From a virus (lineage: Duplodnaviria > Heunggongvirae > Uroviricota > Caudoviricetes), in IMG/VR virus record IMGVR_UViG_2630968533_000004: DNA of 47,366 nt; one strand, written 5' to 3'. The notes beneath the pieces are model-generated. The model was not told the DNA's origin, did not search any database, and saw only the letters and a program-made list of their open reading frames with translations. Below are positions 16,934 through 28,725 of this stretch, one piece after another. Each line of letters begins with the position of its first letter. Positions within the stretch are counted from its first letter, which is position 1. The translations under genes and the position numbers were made by a program.

Positions 16934-16937
16934 TCCA

Positions 16938-17245
16938 ATGACTCAATACTATGAACTGGTTGTGAAAGGAGTCCGTAATTTTGAGAATAAAGTTACGGTA
17001 ACTGTAGCCTTACAGGACAAAGAACGCTTTGACGGTGAAATTTTTGGCCTGGATGTCGCCATGGACCGTGTTGAAGGAGCTGCGCTGGAGTTTTATGAGG
17101 CAGCAGCCAGAATGAGCGTCCGGCAAGTCTTCCTGGAAGTAGCAGAAAAATTGTCAGAAAAAGTTGAGTCTTATCTGCAGCATCAGTACTCCTTTAAGAT
17201 TGAAAATCCTGCCAATAAGCACGAGCGTCCTCATCATAAATATCT

Positions 17246-17249
<4 letters not shown>
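16938..17249 (+). CDS. YdfR-like protein between holin and endolysin
   Basis: 103-aa ORF; same size and position as Qin ydfR. Confidence 0.55.
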
Positions 17250-18273
<1,024 letters not shown>

Positions 18274-18637
18274 ATTAATATTAAATCGGATTATTTTTAG
18301 CGCTGAATGTGAAATTTAAATAAAAAGGACTCTTCCATGAGTCAAAATCCTTGAAATCTTAAGGGTAAGATAAAAGGTCATTAGACAGAATGACACGTTT
18401 TATTAATAAATAAAGCTATTGTTTCATTCGTGTGTTTTTCTTTACAAAAGTAATCCTTGCTATGGTTGGTTAATCATGCGTTAATGGTGTTCTGGTTTGT
18501 TACAAAATTATCTGAAGCAGTCATTGTTATAATTTTATTATTTGTACCTCTTGAGATTTCCTTGTTGGTTTTTCTCTCTGATATTTTTTTTTCGGACCAT
18601 TCTGCCCAAGGGCTAACTTCTTCAAAAGGTAATAATG

Positions 18638-18850
18638 ATGTCTAACAAAATGACTGGTTTAGTGAAATGGTTTAACCCTGAAAAAGGTTTTGGTTTCATC
18701 ACGCCGAAAGATGGTAGCAAAGATGTGTTTGTGCATTTCTCAGCTATTCAGAGCAACGATTTCAAAACGTTAACTGAGAATCAGGAAGTCGAATTTGGTA
18801 TTGAGAACGGACCTAAAGGCCCTGCAGCTGTTCATGTAGTGGCACTTTGA
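18638..18850 (+). CDS. cspI: Cold-shock protein (CspA family, CspI-like)
   Basis: [38 protein letters not shown]... with RNP1/RNP2 motifs; long AT-rich 5' leader typical of csp genes. Confidence 0.85.
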   Translation: MSNKMTGLVKWFNPEKGFGFITPKDGSKDVFVHFSAIQSNDFKTLTENQEVEFGIENGPKGPAAVHVVAL

Positions 18851-19121
18851 GGTAGAAAATATTACAAACCATATTCACTTTAGATGCCCGTGTTGCCATG
18901 GTTCTCAGTATAGAACATCATCTTTTGATGTTTCTGACAGAAATCCTTTCGGGGCAAAATGTATCTTTTGTAAATCAATGATGATTACATTTGATAATAT
19001 TTCACAATACTTAAATGTTAGCCATCTGTCGTTAGATTTAAGAAAGTGAAAATGAAGGCTCCTTCGGGAGCTTTTTTGCTTAGTGTCTAGTCGATGGATA
19101 CTCACATATTACGGTAACATT

Positions 19122-19352
19122 ATGAAAAAAATAATAGTTTTTTTTAACTCTGAACCAGCAATGGTAGTGCCAGTGATGACCGGAGTTAACACCATCATGC
19201 GTGAATATCCAAATGGCGAAACAACACACCTCACTGTAATGGCTGCAGGGTTTCCATCTCTGACCGGAGATCATAAAGTCATTTATGTAGCAGCGGATCG
19301 ACATGTAACTTCAGAAGAAATTCTGGAAGCAGCAATGAGACTCTTGAATTGA
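19122..19352 (+). CDS. Hypothetical small protein
   Basis: ATG inside ORF 19083..19352 (MKKIIVFFNSEPAMVVPVMTG...); no family recognised. Confidence 0.4.
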   Translation: MKKIIVFFNSEPAMVVPVMTGVNTIMREYPNGETTHLTVMAAGFPSLTGDHKVIYVAADRHVTSEEILEAAMRLLN

Positions 19353-19521
19353 TTTGATTCTAATGCATTGATAATAAATGATAATCATCTTTATCTGTTT
19401 GTGTGAAATTTAGACCGTCGTATGTTGATTATTGCGATGTTTCATCTTATCTTTTATACGTTTGCTCCATATAATTGACACTACTGTGTACCAGGACAGT
19501 CATAACAGACTAAAAGAGGAA

Positions 19522-19698
19522 ATGATGAACATTGAAGAGTTAAAAACAAAAACAGAAGCAGATATTTCTGAATATATAACAAAAAAAATCATTGAGCTTA
19601 AGAAAAAGACCGGGAAAGAAGTTACCAGTATCCAGTTTACTGCACGGGAAAAAATGACTGGTCTTGAAAGCTATGATATCAAGATTGATTTAATCTAG
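19522..19698 (+). CDS. gnsB: GnsA/GnsB-family small protein
   Basis: MMNIEELKTKTEADISEYITKKIIELKKKTGKEVTSIQFTAREKMTGLESYDIKIDLI; AAGAGGA RBS; matches recalled GnsB pattern. Confidence 0.7.
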   Translation: MMNIEELKTKTEADISEYITKKIIELKKKTGKEVTSIQFTAREKMTGLESYDIKIDLI

Positions 19699-19993
19699 CA
19701 TGTTTATAGTATTAGCATCAATTTCTCATCAGATGCTATTCAACAATACAAATTACCCATAAACCTCGTTTTTACGGGGTTTTGTTATATTTAAACATTA
19801 CCGAATAGATATAAATCTCGATTGTCGATGGTATTGGTTGTGTGACAATACCTAGTCTTTCCGGTATGCCTGAAGAGAATACAAACGACAGATTATGTAA
19901 GGGAAACGCGCTGAAACTTTCACTCTTTCATGCTGAGTGATTTGACGTTATATTTTTAGCCGCAAGTGAAGAGCAAACGAATGGAGCGACAAA

Positions 19994-20200
19994 ATGCATA
20001 AAGATCAATACACTGATGCCCCCTCCCAGGAGCAGGTTCGTGTAAAAACTATGCTTAATAGCACCATTTCGATGGGTTACCCGGATGTTGTAATTGCATG
20101 TATAGAACATCAAGTATCTCTGGAAGCATTCAGGGCAATTGAGGCCGCGTTAGTAAAGCACGATAAGAATACGAAGGATTATTCCCTGGTGGTTGACTGA
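19994..20200 (+). CDS. Hypothetical small protein
   Basis: 68-aa ORF, no recognised family. Confidence 0.35.
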   Translation: MHKDQYTDAPSQEQVRVKTMLNSTISMGYPDVVIACIEHQVSLEAFRAIEAALVKHDKNTKDYSLVVD

Positions 20201-20554
20201 TCACCATAACTGCTAACCATTCTGACCATTTCACAAGTGACAGAGTCAATATCGTATTCTGTCACTGTAAGGCTAATACAGTACTGCAATTCAACTACAG
20301 CAATGCCTCGTATTTAGGTGAATTTACAATATCGTCCAGTTCGGATGCCGGCTGCATTTCTGAAGATAAGGCATTTCGGTTCGCGTATTTTCCCCTCATG
20401 CTCGTCAGTCCTGCGCGTAGTAAGAAACAGGACACTCACACTAATTTGTGTGGGCATGCTGTGATGTCCTTCTGAATTATACCCATGCCATTATGTAACG
20501 CTCTGTTTCAGATGCTCGTCACGGTTGTCAGGCTGTCGGGTCCTCCCAGTGGGG

Positions 20555-20640
20555 GTCCCTGCCACGGGGCGGGAGCGTCGCGGAAAAAGGCTAGTTTTTG
20601 AAATTTCATTCGTCATCACCACTACTGTAATAGATTGATA
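20555..20640. other. Putative cos (cohesive-end) region
   Basis: GC-rich segment CCACGGGGCGGGAGCGTCGCGG followed by AT-rich AAAAAGGCTAGTTTTTGAAATTTCATTCGTCAT, about 130 bp upstream of terminase small subunit; layout resembles lambda cosN-cosB. Confidence 0.35.
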
Positions 20641-20752
20641 TTACAGTATATTTATTTTTGTGGTGTCGATTTTGATTGTTTTTTGTTCATCACTAACACC
20701 GTTTGCCTAAAGTCGTTCGCAAGATGCATGTTTAAAACATTCTGGAGCGGGT

Positions 20753-21247
20753 ATGGATCGAGAGTTAAAAAATCTGACGCTGAATATCAGTCAATTGGCG
20801 GCACTGTCAGGTGTACATCGCCAGACTGCTGCGGCAAGGCTGCAAAATCTACCCGTTGCAGGGGGGCATGAAAGCAACCTCAAGCTTTATCGGGTGGTTG
20901 ATATTGTGTCGGCATTTCTGGCATTACCACCGCCGGTTGCAGAAGGCGAAATGGACGCACATGAGCGCAAAGCCTGGTATCAGTCTGAACGTGAGCGTCT
21001 TAAGTTCGAACAGGAAACGGCACAACTCATTCCGGCCAGTGATGTCAGACGGGAGTTTGCCATCTGGGCAAAAGCGGTCGTGCAGGTGCTGGAGACATTA
21101 CCGGATATTCTTGAACGTGACTGCGGTCTGCAGCCTGCCGCTGTGAGCCGTGTTCAGTCCATTATTGATGATCTGCGCGATCAGATAGCCCTGCGGGTGA
21201 CTGAACCAGGTGCGGATGATGAGGAGGAATTACAGCAGGAGGAGTAA
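20753..21247 (+). CDS. Terminase small subunit
   Basis: 164 aa with N-terminal HTH-like LNISQLAALSGVHRQTAAARL and acidic C-terminus; stop overlaps start of large subunit. Confidence 0.7.
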   Translation: MDRELKNLTLNISQLAALSGVHRQTAAARLQNLPVAGGHESNLKLYRVVDIVSAFLALPPPVAEGEMDAHERKAWYQSERERLKFEQETAQLIPASDVRREFAIWAKAVVQVLETLPDILERDCGLQPAAVSRVQSIIDDLRDQIALRVTEPGADDEEELQQEE

Positions 21248-23349
21248 TGCTGAATCAGGAAACCGCAAAGGCAGCACGAACCGATTCAGGTTATATCCTT
21301 CGCGCACCGAGACGAATGCGGGTTGCTGATGCCGTTGCTCAGTATATGCGGGTGCCCATGGGGGCAGGGAACTCAGTCCCATGGGATCCGCTGGTGGCAC
21401 CGTATGTTATTGAGCCTATGAACTGCCTGGCCTCGCGTGAATACGACGCAGTGATATTTGTTGGCCCGGCACGAACCGGCAAGACTATCGGCCTGATTGA
21501 CGGCTGGGTGATTTACAACGTGATTTGCGATCCTGCTGATATGCTGATCATTCAGATGACGGAGGAAAAAGCCCGCGAACACTCCAAAAAACGACTCGCC
21601 AGAACGTTTCGCGTCAGCCCGGAAGTGGTCAGTCGCCTGAGTCCGAACAAAAATGACAACAACGTTTATGACAGAACATTCCTTGCTGGCAACTACCTGA
21701 AAATCGGCTGGCCGTCAGTCAATATCATGTCTTCATCAGATTATAAATGCGTGGCGCTGACGGATTATGACCGTTTTCCGGAAGATATTGATGGTGAGGG
21801 GGATGCCTTCTCTCTTGCCTCAAAACGTACCACCACATTTATGTCCAGTGGTATGACGCTGGTGGAGAGTTCCCCCGGCAGGGATGTGAAGGATGTGAAA
21901 TGGCGACGGACTTCACCGCATGAGGCTCCACCAACCACGGGGATCCTGTCGCTCTATAACCGTGGCGATCGCCGTCGCTGGTACTGGCCCTGTCCACACT
22001 GTGGTGAGTATTTTCAGCCCTGCGGCGATGTGGTTGCTGGTTTCCGTGATATTGCCGATCCTGTGCTGGCAAGTGAGGCGGCTTATATTCAGTGTCCTTC
22101 CTGTTCAGGACGGATTTTGCCTGAACAAAAACGCGAGCTGAACGGACGTGGGGTCTGGTTACGGGATGGTGAATCCATCAATGCAGATGGCAGTCGTTAT
22201 GGTGATCCCCGGCGTTCACGTATTGCGTCATTCTGGATGGAGGGTCCGGCAGCTGCTTATCAGACACTCTCGCAACTCGTTTACAAACTGCTTACTGCAG
22301 AACAGGAATACGAGACAACCGGAAGTGAAGAGACACTCAAGACGGTTATCAATACCGACTGGGGATTACCTTATCTTCCCCGCGCCAGCATGGAGCAACG
22401 AAAAAGTGAATTGCTTGAGCAGCGGGCAGAGCCAGTTCCTTCCCGCAGTGTGCCGGATGGCGTTAATTTCCTTGTGGCGACAGTGGATGTGCAGGCGGGA
22501 CGTCATCGCCGTTTTGTGGTTCAGGTAACGGGCTATGGCAGCCGTGGCGAACGCTGGATTATTGATCGTTACAACATCACGCAGTCATTGCGCGGTGACA
22601 GCGACGGGGAGAGCCAGCGAATTGATCCGGCCAGCTATCCGGAAGACTGGGATGTCCTGCTGACGGATGTTTTTCATAAAAGCTGGCCGCTGGCCTCCGA
22701 CCCTTCTCAACAAATGCGACTGATGGCAATGGCGGTGGACTCCGGCGGTGAAGACGGGGTCACTGATAATGCCTATAAATTCTGGCGTCGTTGCCGTCGT
22801 GATGGCCTTGGTAAACGTATTTACCTGTTTAAGGGCGACAGCATCCGGCGAGCAAAACTGATCACCCGTACATTCCCTGATAACACCGGACGAACGGGCC
22901 GACGGGCGCAGGCCGCAGGTGATGTGCCGCTCTGGCTTCTTCAGACGGATGCCCTGAAAGACCGGGTGAATAACGCGTTATGGCGTGACTCGCCAGGTCC
23001 CGGCTATGTGCATTTCCCTGACTGGCTGGGGAGCTGGTTTTACGACGAACTGACGTATGAAGAGCGGAGCAGTGACGGGAAATGGAGTAAGCCGGGTCGC
23101 GGTGCCAACGAAGCTTTTGACCTGATGGTGTATGCCGAGGCTCTGGTCATTCTGCATGGATACGAAAAGATCCGCTGGCCGGATGCACCGGAGTGGGCGA
23201 GCCGGGAAACCTGGCTGGAGTGTGTCCCGGACAGTACCGAACCGTCACCCTCACCGGAACCGGTACCCACGCCTGTTAAAAAACAAAAACGGAAGAAAAC
23301 AGTAACTGACGATGTTAACCCCTGGCTGACTTCCGGAGGATGGTTATGA
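21247..23349 (+). CDS. Terminase large subunit (GpA family)
   Basis: 700 aa; Walker A-like VGPARTGKT; CPHCGEYF zinc-ribbon-like motif as in lambda gpA. Confidence 0.9.
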   Translation: MLNQETAKAARTDSGYILRAPRRMRVADAVAQYMRVPMGAGNSVPWDPLVAPYVIEPMNCLASREYDAVIFVGPARTGKTIGLIDGWVIYNVICDPADMLIIQMTEEKAREHSKKRLARTFRVSPEVVSRLSPNKNDNNVYDRTFLAGNYLKIGWPSVNIMSSSDYKCVALTDYDRFPEDIDGEGDAFSLASKRTTTFMSSGMTLVESSPGRDVKDVKWRRTSPHEAPPTTGILSLYNRGDRRRWYWPCPHCGEYFQPCGDVVAGFRDIADPVLASEAAYIQCPSCSGRILPEQKRELNGRGVWLRDGESINADGSRYGDPRRSRIASFWMEGPAAAYQTLSQLVYKLLTAEQEYETTGSEETLKTVINTDWGLPYLPRASMEQRKSELLEQRAEPVPSRSVPDGVNFLVATVDVQAGRHRRFVVQVTGYGSRGERWIIDRYNITQSLRGDSDGESQRIDPASYPEDWDVLLTDVFHKSWPLASDPSQQMRLMAMAVDSGGEDGVTDNAYKFWRRCRRDGLGKRIYLFKGDSIRRAKLITRTFPDNTGRTGRRAQAAGDVPLWLLQTDALKDRVNNALWRDSPGPGYVHFPDWLGSWFYDELTYEERSSDGKWSKPGRGANEAFDLMVYAEALVILHGYEKIRWPDAPEWASRETWLECVPDSTEPSPSPEPVPTPVKKQKRKKTVTDDVNPWLTSGGWL

Positions 23350-23558
23350 ATCAGAATGATATTGAAGCCATGATTCAGCGTTATACGGAAGCTGAAATGG
23401 CGGTGCTGGACGGAAAATCCGTCACTTTTAATGGTCAGCAGATGACCATGGAAAACTTATCTGAGATCCGGCAGGGGCGGCAGGAGTGGGAGCGCCGCCT
23501 TGCGGCTCTGATTACACGACGACGGGGGCATCCCGGGTACCGGCTGGCGAGGTTCTGA
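23340..23558 (+). CDS. Head-tail joining protein (gpW-like)
   Basis: 72-aa ORF between terminase and portal, ending ITRRRGHPGYRLARF like lambda W (...RRRGPAGFYV). Confidence 0.7.
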   Translation: MVMNQNDIEAMIQRYTEAEMAVLDGKSVTFNGQQMTMENLSEIRQGRQEWERRLAALITRRRGHPGYRLARF

Positions 23559-25066
23559 TGGCAATTCTTGATGATGTGATTGGCGTTTTTTCACCAGGAT
23601 GGAAAGCGGCAAGGCTGCGTTCCCGTGCGGTGATCCAGGCTTATGAGGCCGTAAAAACGACGCGGACACACAAAGCCCGACGGGAGAACCGAACTGCCGA
23701 CCAGTTAAGCCAGTACGGGGCCGTGTCGTTACGTGAGCAGGCTCGTTACCTTGATAACAACCACGATCTGGTCATTGGTGTATTTGACAAGCTGGAAGAA
23801 CGGGTGGTGGGGAAAAACGGGATTATTGTCGAGCCACATCCGGTATTACGCAATGGGGCCATTGCCCGTGATCTGGCAGCGGAGATACGTACCCGATGGA
23901 GTGAATGGTCTGTCAGTCCGGAGGTCACCGGGCAGTTTACCCGTCCGATGCTGGAACGTCTGATGCTGCGTACCTGGCTGCGCGATGGTGAGGTGTTTGC
24001 CCAGATGGTTTCCGGGCGCATAAACAGCCTGACGCCTTCTGCCGGTGTTCATTTCTGGCTGGAGGCGCTCGAGCCGGACTTTATTCCCATGACCAGTGAT
24101 GAGAGCAACAGGCTGAATCAGGGCGTGTTTGTTGATGACTGGGGGCGTCCCGAAAAATATCTGGTGTATAAAAGCCGTCCCGTATCCGGGCGGCAGATGG
24201 AAACCAAAGAAGTGGATGCAGAGCGAATGCTGCATCTTAAATTTGTTCGCCGTCTGCACCAGATGCGCGGGACGTCTTTGTTGTCCGGTGTGCTGATCCG
24301 CCTCAGTGCTCTGAAAGAGTATGAAGATTCTGAGCTGACTGCAGCAAGGATCGCCGCTGCTCTGGGGATGTACATCCGGAAAGGCGACGGACAGAGCTAT
24401 GAAACGGATGGTAATGACAGCAAGGAGAATGAACGCGAGCTTACCATTCAGCCAGGCATTATTTACGACGATCTGAAACCCGGCGAAGAAATCGGAATGG
24501 TGAAGTCGGATCGCCCCAATCCTAACCTTGAAACTTTTCGTAATGGTCAGTTGCGTGCCGTGGCTGCGGGCAGTCGTCTGAGTTTTTCCAGTACAGCGCG
24601 CAACTATAACGGCACTTACAGCGCCCAGCGTCAGGAGCTGGTTGAATCTACTGATGGCTACCTGATCCTGCAGGACTGGTTTATTGGTGCCGTCACCCGC
24701 CCGATGTACCGTGCCTGGCTGAAACAGGCTGTGGTATCCGGTGTTATCAGGCTACCCCGCGATCTGGACCGATCTTCACTGTATACCGCGGTGTATTCCG
24801 GACCGGTGATGCCGTGGATTGACCCTGTTAAGGAGGCTGAGGCCTGGAAAATTCAGATTCGTGGTGGAGCGGCGACAGAATCAGACTGGGTACGTGCAGG
24901 TGGTCGTAATCCAGATGATGTCAAACGTCGGCGCAAGGCCGAAATTGATGAAAACCGCAAGCTGGATCTGGTATTTGATACCGATCCGGCCAGTGATAAA
25001 GGAGGCAGCAGTGCCGCAACGAAACGACAGGAGCCGCAGCACACCGACGACCAGTCCGAAGAATAA
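23558..25066 (+). CDS. Portal protein
   Basis: 503 aa from MAILDDVIG; start overlaps W stop (TGATG); position and size of lambda gpB. Confidence 0.85.
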   Translation: MAILDDVIGVFSPGWKAARLRSRAVIQAYEAVKTTRTHKARRENRTADQLSQYGAVSLREQARYLDNNHDLVIGVFDKLEERVVGKNGIIVEPHPVLRNGAIARDLAAEIRTRWSEWSVSPEVTGQFTRPMLERLMLRTWLRDGEVFAQMVSGRINSLTPSAGVHFWLEALEPDFIPMTSDESNRLNQGVFVDDWGRPEKYLVYKSRPVSGRQMETKEVDAERMLHLKFVRRLHQMRGTSLLSGVLIRLSALKEYEDSELTAARIAAALGMYIRKGDGQSYETDGNDSKENERELTIQPGIIYDDLKPGEEIGMVKSDRPNPNLETFRNGQLRAVAAGSRLSFSSTARNYNGTYSAQRQELVESTDGYLILQDWFIGAVTRPMYRAWLKQAVVSGVIRLPRDLDRSSLYTAVYSGPVMPWIDPVKEAEAWKIQIRGGAATESDWVRAGGRNPDDVKRRRKAEIDENRKLDLVFDTDPASDKGGSSAATKRQEPQHTDDQSEE

Positions 25067-25079
25067 TTCTTGGTTCAGG

Positions 25080-27038
25080 ATGCAGGCAGGTCACCAGAGT
25101 GACGCGGATATTTATATTTATGACGAGATTGGTTTCTGGGGTGTTACGGCGAAGCAGTTTATCAGTGATCTGAATGCACTGGGCGATATCACCCACATTA
25201 ATCTCCATATTAATTCACCGGGTGGCGATGTCTTTGAAGGCATCGCCATTTTTAATGCACTGAAAACACATGGTGCGTCCATTACCGTTTATGTCGACGG
25301 TGTGGCGGCGTCAATGGCGTCGGTCATTGCGATGGTGGGAAACCCGGTCATTATGCCGGAAAACTCCTTCATGATGATTCATAAACCATTTGGCTTTACG
25401 GGCGGTGATGCGGAGGACATGCGCACCTATGCCGACCTGCTCGATAAAGTTGAGGCGGTTCTGTTACCCGCTTATGCACAGAAAACCGGGAAAACCACCG
25501 ATGAAATTGCTGCCATGCTGGCGGATGAGACCTGGATGTCCGGTGCCGAATGTCTGGCACAGGGATTTGCTGATCAGGTGACACCAGCCGTTAAGGCAAT
25601 GGCATGTATTCAGTCAAAACGTACAGAGGAATTTAAAAAGATGCCGGAATCCATTCGAAATATGATTACTCCGCCACGCAACAGTGCTCCACGCGTACAG
25701 GATGATGGACCTGCAGCCTCCCGGACGCCAGTGCAGGCAGCAGCACCCGTGGTGGATGAAAACAGCATCCGTGCGCAGGTCCTGGCAGAGCAAAAAGCGC
25801 GTGTAAACGGTATTAATGATCTGTTTGCCATGTTTGGCGGGCGTTATCAGTCGTTGCAGGCTCAGTGTCTTGCCGATCCTGAATGTTCGCTGGAGCAGGC
25901 CCGCGAAAAGCTGTTGAACGAGATGGGGCGCGAGTCCACGCCATCCAATAAAAATACCCCGGCTCATATTTATGCCGGTAACGGTAATTTTGTGGGGGAC
26001 GGGATCCGCCAGGCGCTGATGGCGCGCGCCGGGTTTGAAAAAACTGAACGTGATAATGTCTACAACGGGATGACCCTGCGTGAATATGCCCGTATGTCAC
26101 TGACTGAACGTGGTATTGGTGTTTCCAGTTATAACCCGATGCAGATGGTCGGTGCGGCGTTCACACACAGTACGTCTGACTTCGGTAATATTCTGCTGGA
26201 TGTTGCGAACAAAGCCATTCTGCAGGGCTGGGAAGATGCTCCTGAAACCTATGAACAGTGGACGCGGAAAGGTCAGTTGTCTGATTTTAAAATTGCCCAT
26301 CGTGTGGGTATGGGGGGCTTCAGTGCTCTGCGTCAGGTGCGTGAAGGGGCGGAATATAAATACGTCACCACCGGAGATAAACAGGCCACTATTGCACTGG
26401 CGACCTATGGCGAGCTGTTCAGTATCACCCGTCAGGCCATTATCAATGATGATCTGAATATGCTGACCGATGTCCCGATGAAACTGGGCCGTGCGGCGAA
26501 ATCCACTATTGCCGATCTGGTTTATGCCATTCTGACGTCTAACCCGAAAATCTCCACAGATAATGTAAGTCTGTTCGATAAAGCGAAACATGCAAACGTA
26601 CTGGAGAGCGCTGCAATGGACGTGGCATCGCTGGATAAAGCCCGCCAGTTGATGCGCGTTCAGAAAGAGGGGGAGCGTCATCTGAATATTCGTCCTGCGT
26701 TCGTACTGGTACCGACGGCGATGGAGTCTGTTGCTAACCAGGTCATTCGCTCCTCAAGTGTCAAGGGGGCTGACATTAACGCCGGTATTATTAACCCGGT
26801 GAAAGATTTTGCGACCGTTATTGCAGAGCCTCGTCTTGATGATAACAGCCAGACCACCTTCTACCTGGCTGCGTCAAAAGGCTCCGATACGATTGAAGTG
26901 GCTTATCTCAACGGTGTGGATACGCCATATATTGATCAGATGGAGGGCTTCAGTGTGGATGGCGTGACAACGAAAGTGCGTATTGACGCCGGTGTCGCGC
27001 CAGTTGATCACCGCGGTCTGGTGAAATGTACGGCGTAA
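25080..27038 (+). CDS. Prohead protease (ClpP-like) - scaffold - major capsid protein (HK97-fold) fusion
   Basis: N-terminal ClpP-like region (INLHINSPGGDVFEGIAIFNALK...SMASVIAMVGNPVIMPENSFMMIHKP); C-terminal major-capsid-like region ending VDHRGLVKCTA; single 652-aa reading frame. Confidence 0.8.
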   Translation: MQAGHQSDADIYIYDEIGFWGVTAKQFISDLNALGDITHINLHINSPGGDVFEGIAIFNALKTHGASITVYVDGVAASMASVIAMVGNPVIMPENSFMMIHKPFGFTGGDAEDMRTYADLLDKVEAVLLPAYAQKTGKTTDEIAAMLADETWMSGAECLAQGFADQVTPAVKAMACIQSKRTEEFKKMPESIRNMITPPRNSAPRVQDDGPAASRTPVQAAAPVVDENSIRAQVLAEQKARVNGINDLFAMFGGRYQSLQAQCLADPECSLEQAREKLLNEMGRESTPSNKNTPAHIYAGNGNFVGDGIRQALMARAGFEKTERDNVYNGMTLREYARMSLTERGIGVSSYNPMQMVGAAFTHSTSDFGNILLDVANKAILQGWEDAPETYEQWTRKGQLSDFKIAHRVGMGGFSALRQVREGAEYKYVTTGDKQATIALATYGELFSITRQAIINDDLNMLTDVPMKLGRAAKSTIADLVYAILTSNPKISTDNVSLFDKAKHANVLESAAMDVASLDKARQLMRVQKEGERHLNIRPAFVLVPTAMESVANQVIRSSSVKGADINAGIINPVKDFATVIAEPRLDDNSQTTFYLAASKGSDTIEVAYLNGVDTPYIDQMEGFSVDGVTTKVRIDAGVAPVDHRGLVKCTA

Positions 27039-27061
27039 ACGTCGCAGACAACAACTCTGAT

Positions 27062-27080
27062 GCCCGTAAGGGCTTTTTTT
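27062..27080 (+). terminator. Hairpin + T-tract after capsid gene
   Basis: GCCCGTAAGGGC followed by TTTTTTT. Confidence 0.55.
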
Positions 27081-27123
27081 GTACCTGAAATCAGCCCCTG
27101 AACGGGGCAGTGCGGAGACAGTT

Positions 27124-27447
27124 ATGGCAAAGAATTTTGTAGAAGAAGGAAAAACGGTGGCGATTGTTGCCAGTGCAGCCATCAGCAGCGGAGATCTGGT
27201 GCAGGTGGGTGATGTTTTTGCGGTGGCGCTGACCGATATTCCACAGGGTGAAACAGGCGACGGCATGACCGAAGGTGTGTTTATGCTGCCTAAGCTGAAA
27301 ACGGATGATATGAAAACGGGTAAGAAGGTTTATCTGAAGTCCGGAAAAGTTCAGCTGACTAACAGTGGCTCTGATCCGCTGGTCGGGGTTGTCTGGGCAG
27401 ATGCCGGAACCAGTGCAGAAGAAGTGCCGGTAAAACTCAATGTCTGA
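27124..27447 (+). CDS. Small head-associated protein (DUF2190-like; possible decoration protein)
   Basis: 107 aa from MAKNFVEEGK; GGAG RBS; follows capsid gene. Confidence 0.55.
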   Translation: MAKNFVEEGKTVAIVASAAISSGDLVQVGDVFAVALTDIPQGETGDGMTEGVFMLPKLKTDDMKTGKKVYLKSGKVQLTNSGSDPLVGVVWADAGTSAEEVPVKLNV

Positions 27448-27715
27448 TCCCTTTTCCCGGCTGGCAGCGCGTATGGATGCGATCACGGTCAGAAAGATGG
27501 GAAAGACAGCCTCGGTTAATGATGTCGATATGACTGTGATCCCGGGAGAAACACTGGCAGAGCTGAATGCTCTGTCCGGACCTGCGGTCTCTCTGGTGGT
27601 GTTTTCTTCGGGATACCGCCCACGGCGCGGGGATCGCGTTGTTTATGACGGACAACAATGGACGGTCACACGGCATGAACGCTTTAACGGTAAGCCAATG
27701 ATCTTTATTGAGTAA
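27440..27715 (+). CDS. Head-tail connector/adaptor protein
   Basis: 91-aa ORF in head-completion position. Confidence 0.55.
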   Translation: MSDPFSRLAARMDAITVRKMGKTASVNDVDMTVIPGETLAELNALSGPAVSLVVFSSGYRPRRGDRVVYDGQQWTVTRHERFNGKPMIFIE

Positions 27716-27726
27716 AGAGGTGTGGG

Positions 27727-28317
27727 ATGAAGGGGCTTGAGAATGCCATCCGCAATCTGAACAGCCTTGATACCCGTATGGTGCCACAGGCCAGCGCATG
27801 GGCGATAAACCGTGTGGCACAGAAAGCGGTCTCGGTTGCCACCCGGCAGGTTGCCGGGAATACCGTTGCGGGAGATAACCAGGTGAAAGGGATCCCCCTG
27901 AAACTGGTACGTCAGCGTGTCCGGGTGTTTAAAGCCAGTCCGTCAGGAAAAATGACGGCCAGGATCCGCGTTAACCGGGGCAATCTGCCCGCCATCAAAC
28001 TGAACACAACACGGCGGCGTGCTGGTGAAGGACTGAGAGTGGGAAAATACTTTTTCCGGGGGGCATTTGTTCAGCAACTGGCGAATGGCCGCTGGCATGT
28101 TCTTAGGCGTCTTCCTGAAGCGCGTTTTGCAACAGGGCATGACCATCAGGGCAGGCCAAGAAAAAATCGTCTTCCTGTGGAGGTAGTGAAAATCCCGCTG
28201 TCCGGACCGCTGACACAGGCATTTGAAGATGCCCGCGACCGCATCATTGCTGCGGAAATGCCGAAACAGCTGGGGTATGCACTGAAACAACAACTGAGAT
28301 TATGGCTGACCCGATGA
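27727..28317 (+). CDS. Tail completion protein (lambda gpZ-like)
   Basis: MKGLENAIRNLNS...AFVQQLANGRWHVLRR...VVKIPLSGPLTQAF...LGYALKQQLRLWLTR parallels recalled lambda Z. Confidence 0.8.
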   Translation: MKGLENAIRNLNSLDTRMVPQASAWAINRVAQKAVSVATRQVAGNTVAGDNQVKGIPLKLVRQRVRVFKASPSGKMTARIRVNRGNLPAIKLNTTRRRAGEGLRVGKYFFRGAFVQQLANGRWHVLRRLPEARFATGHDHQGRPRKNRLPVEVVKIPLSGPLTQAFEDARDRIIAAEMPKQLGYALKQQLRLWLTR

Positions 28318-28715
28318 ACCGACATACACAAATCCGCCAGGTCGTACTGGCACGCCTTCGGGAACAGTGTGGAGACAGCGCCACGTTTTTTGACGGGCTT
28401 CCGGCATTTATTGATGCGCAGGAACTGCCTGCCGTGGCGGTGTGGCTGAGTGATGCTCAGTACACCGGAAAAATGACGGATGAAGATGACTGGCAGGCTG
28501 TTCTGCATATTGCCGTCTTCATCCGGGCACAGGCACCGGATTCAGAGCTGGATATGTGGATGGAGAGCACCATTTTTCCTGCCCTGAATGATATACCGGC
28601 ACTTTCCGGACTCATCGACACCCTGATCCCACTCGGTTTTAACTATCAACGTGATAATGAGATGGCCACCTGGGCGATGGCGGAAATCACGTACCAGATC
28701 ACGTACACGAATTAA
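28302..28715 (+). CDS. Tail terminator (lambda gpU-like)
   Basis: ATFFDGLPAFIDAQELPAVAVWLSDAQYTG...DSELDMWMESTIFPALNDIPALS parallels recalled lambda U. Confidence 0.8.
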   Translation: MADPMNRHTQIRQVVLARLREQCGDSATFFDGLPAFIDAQELPAVAVWLSDAQYTGKMTDEDDWQAVLHIAVFIRAQAPDSELDMWMESTIFPALNDIPALSGLIDTLIPLGFNYQRDNEMATWAMAEITYQITYTN

Positions 28716-28725
28716 GGAGGTGGTA

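Noticed and set aside
18457-18645. 62-aa hydrophobic ORF upstream of the csp gene
   Set aside because: Lies in the long AT-rich 5' leader typical of cold-shock genes; hydrophobic translation is expected from T-rich DNA
26097-26681. 194-aa minus-strand ORF inside the capsid gene
   Set aside because: Antisense to the major capsid domain; no independent support
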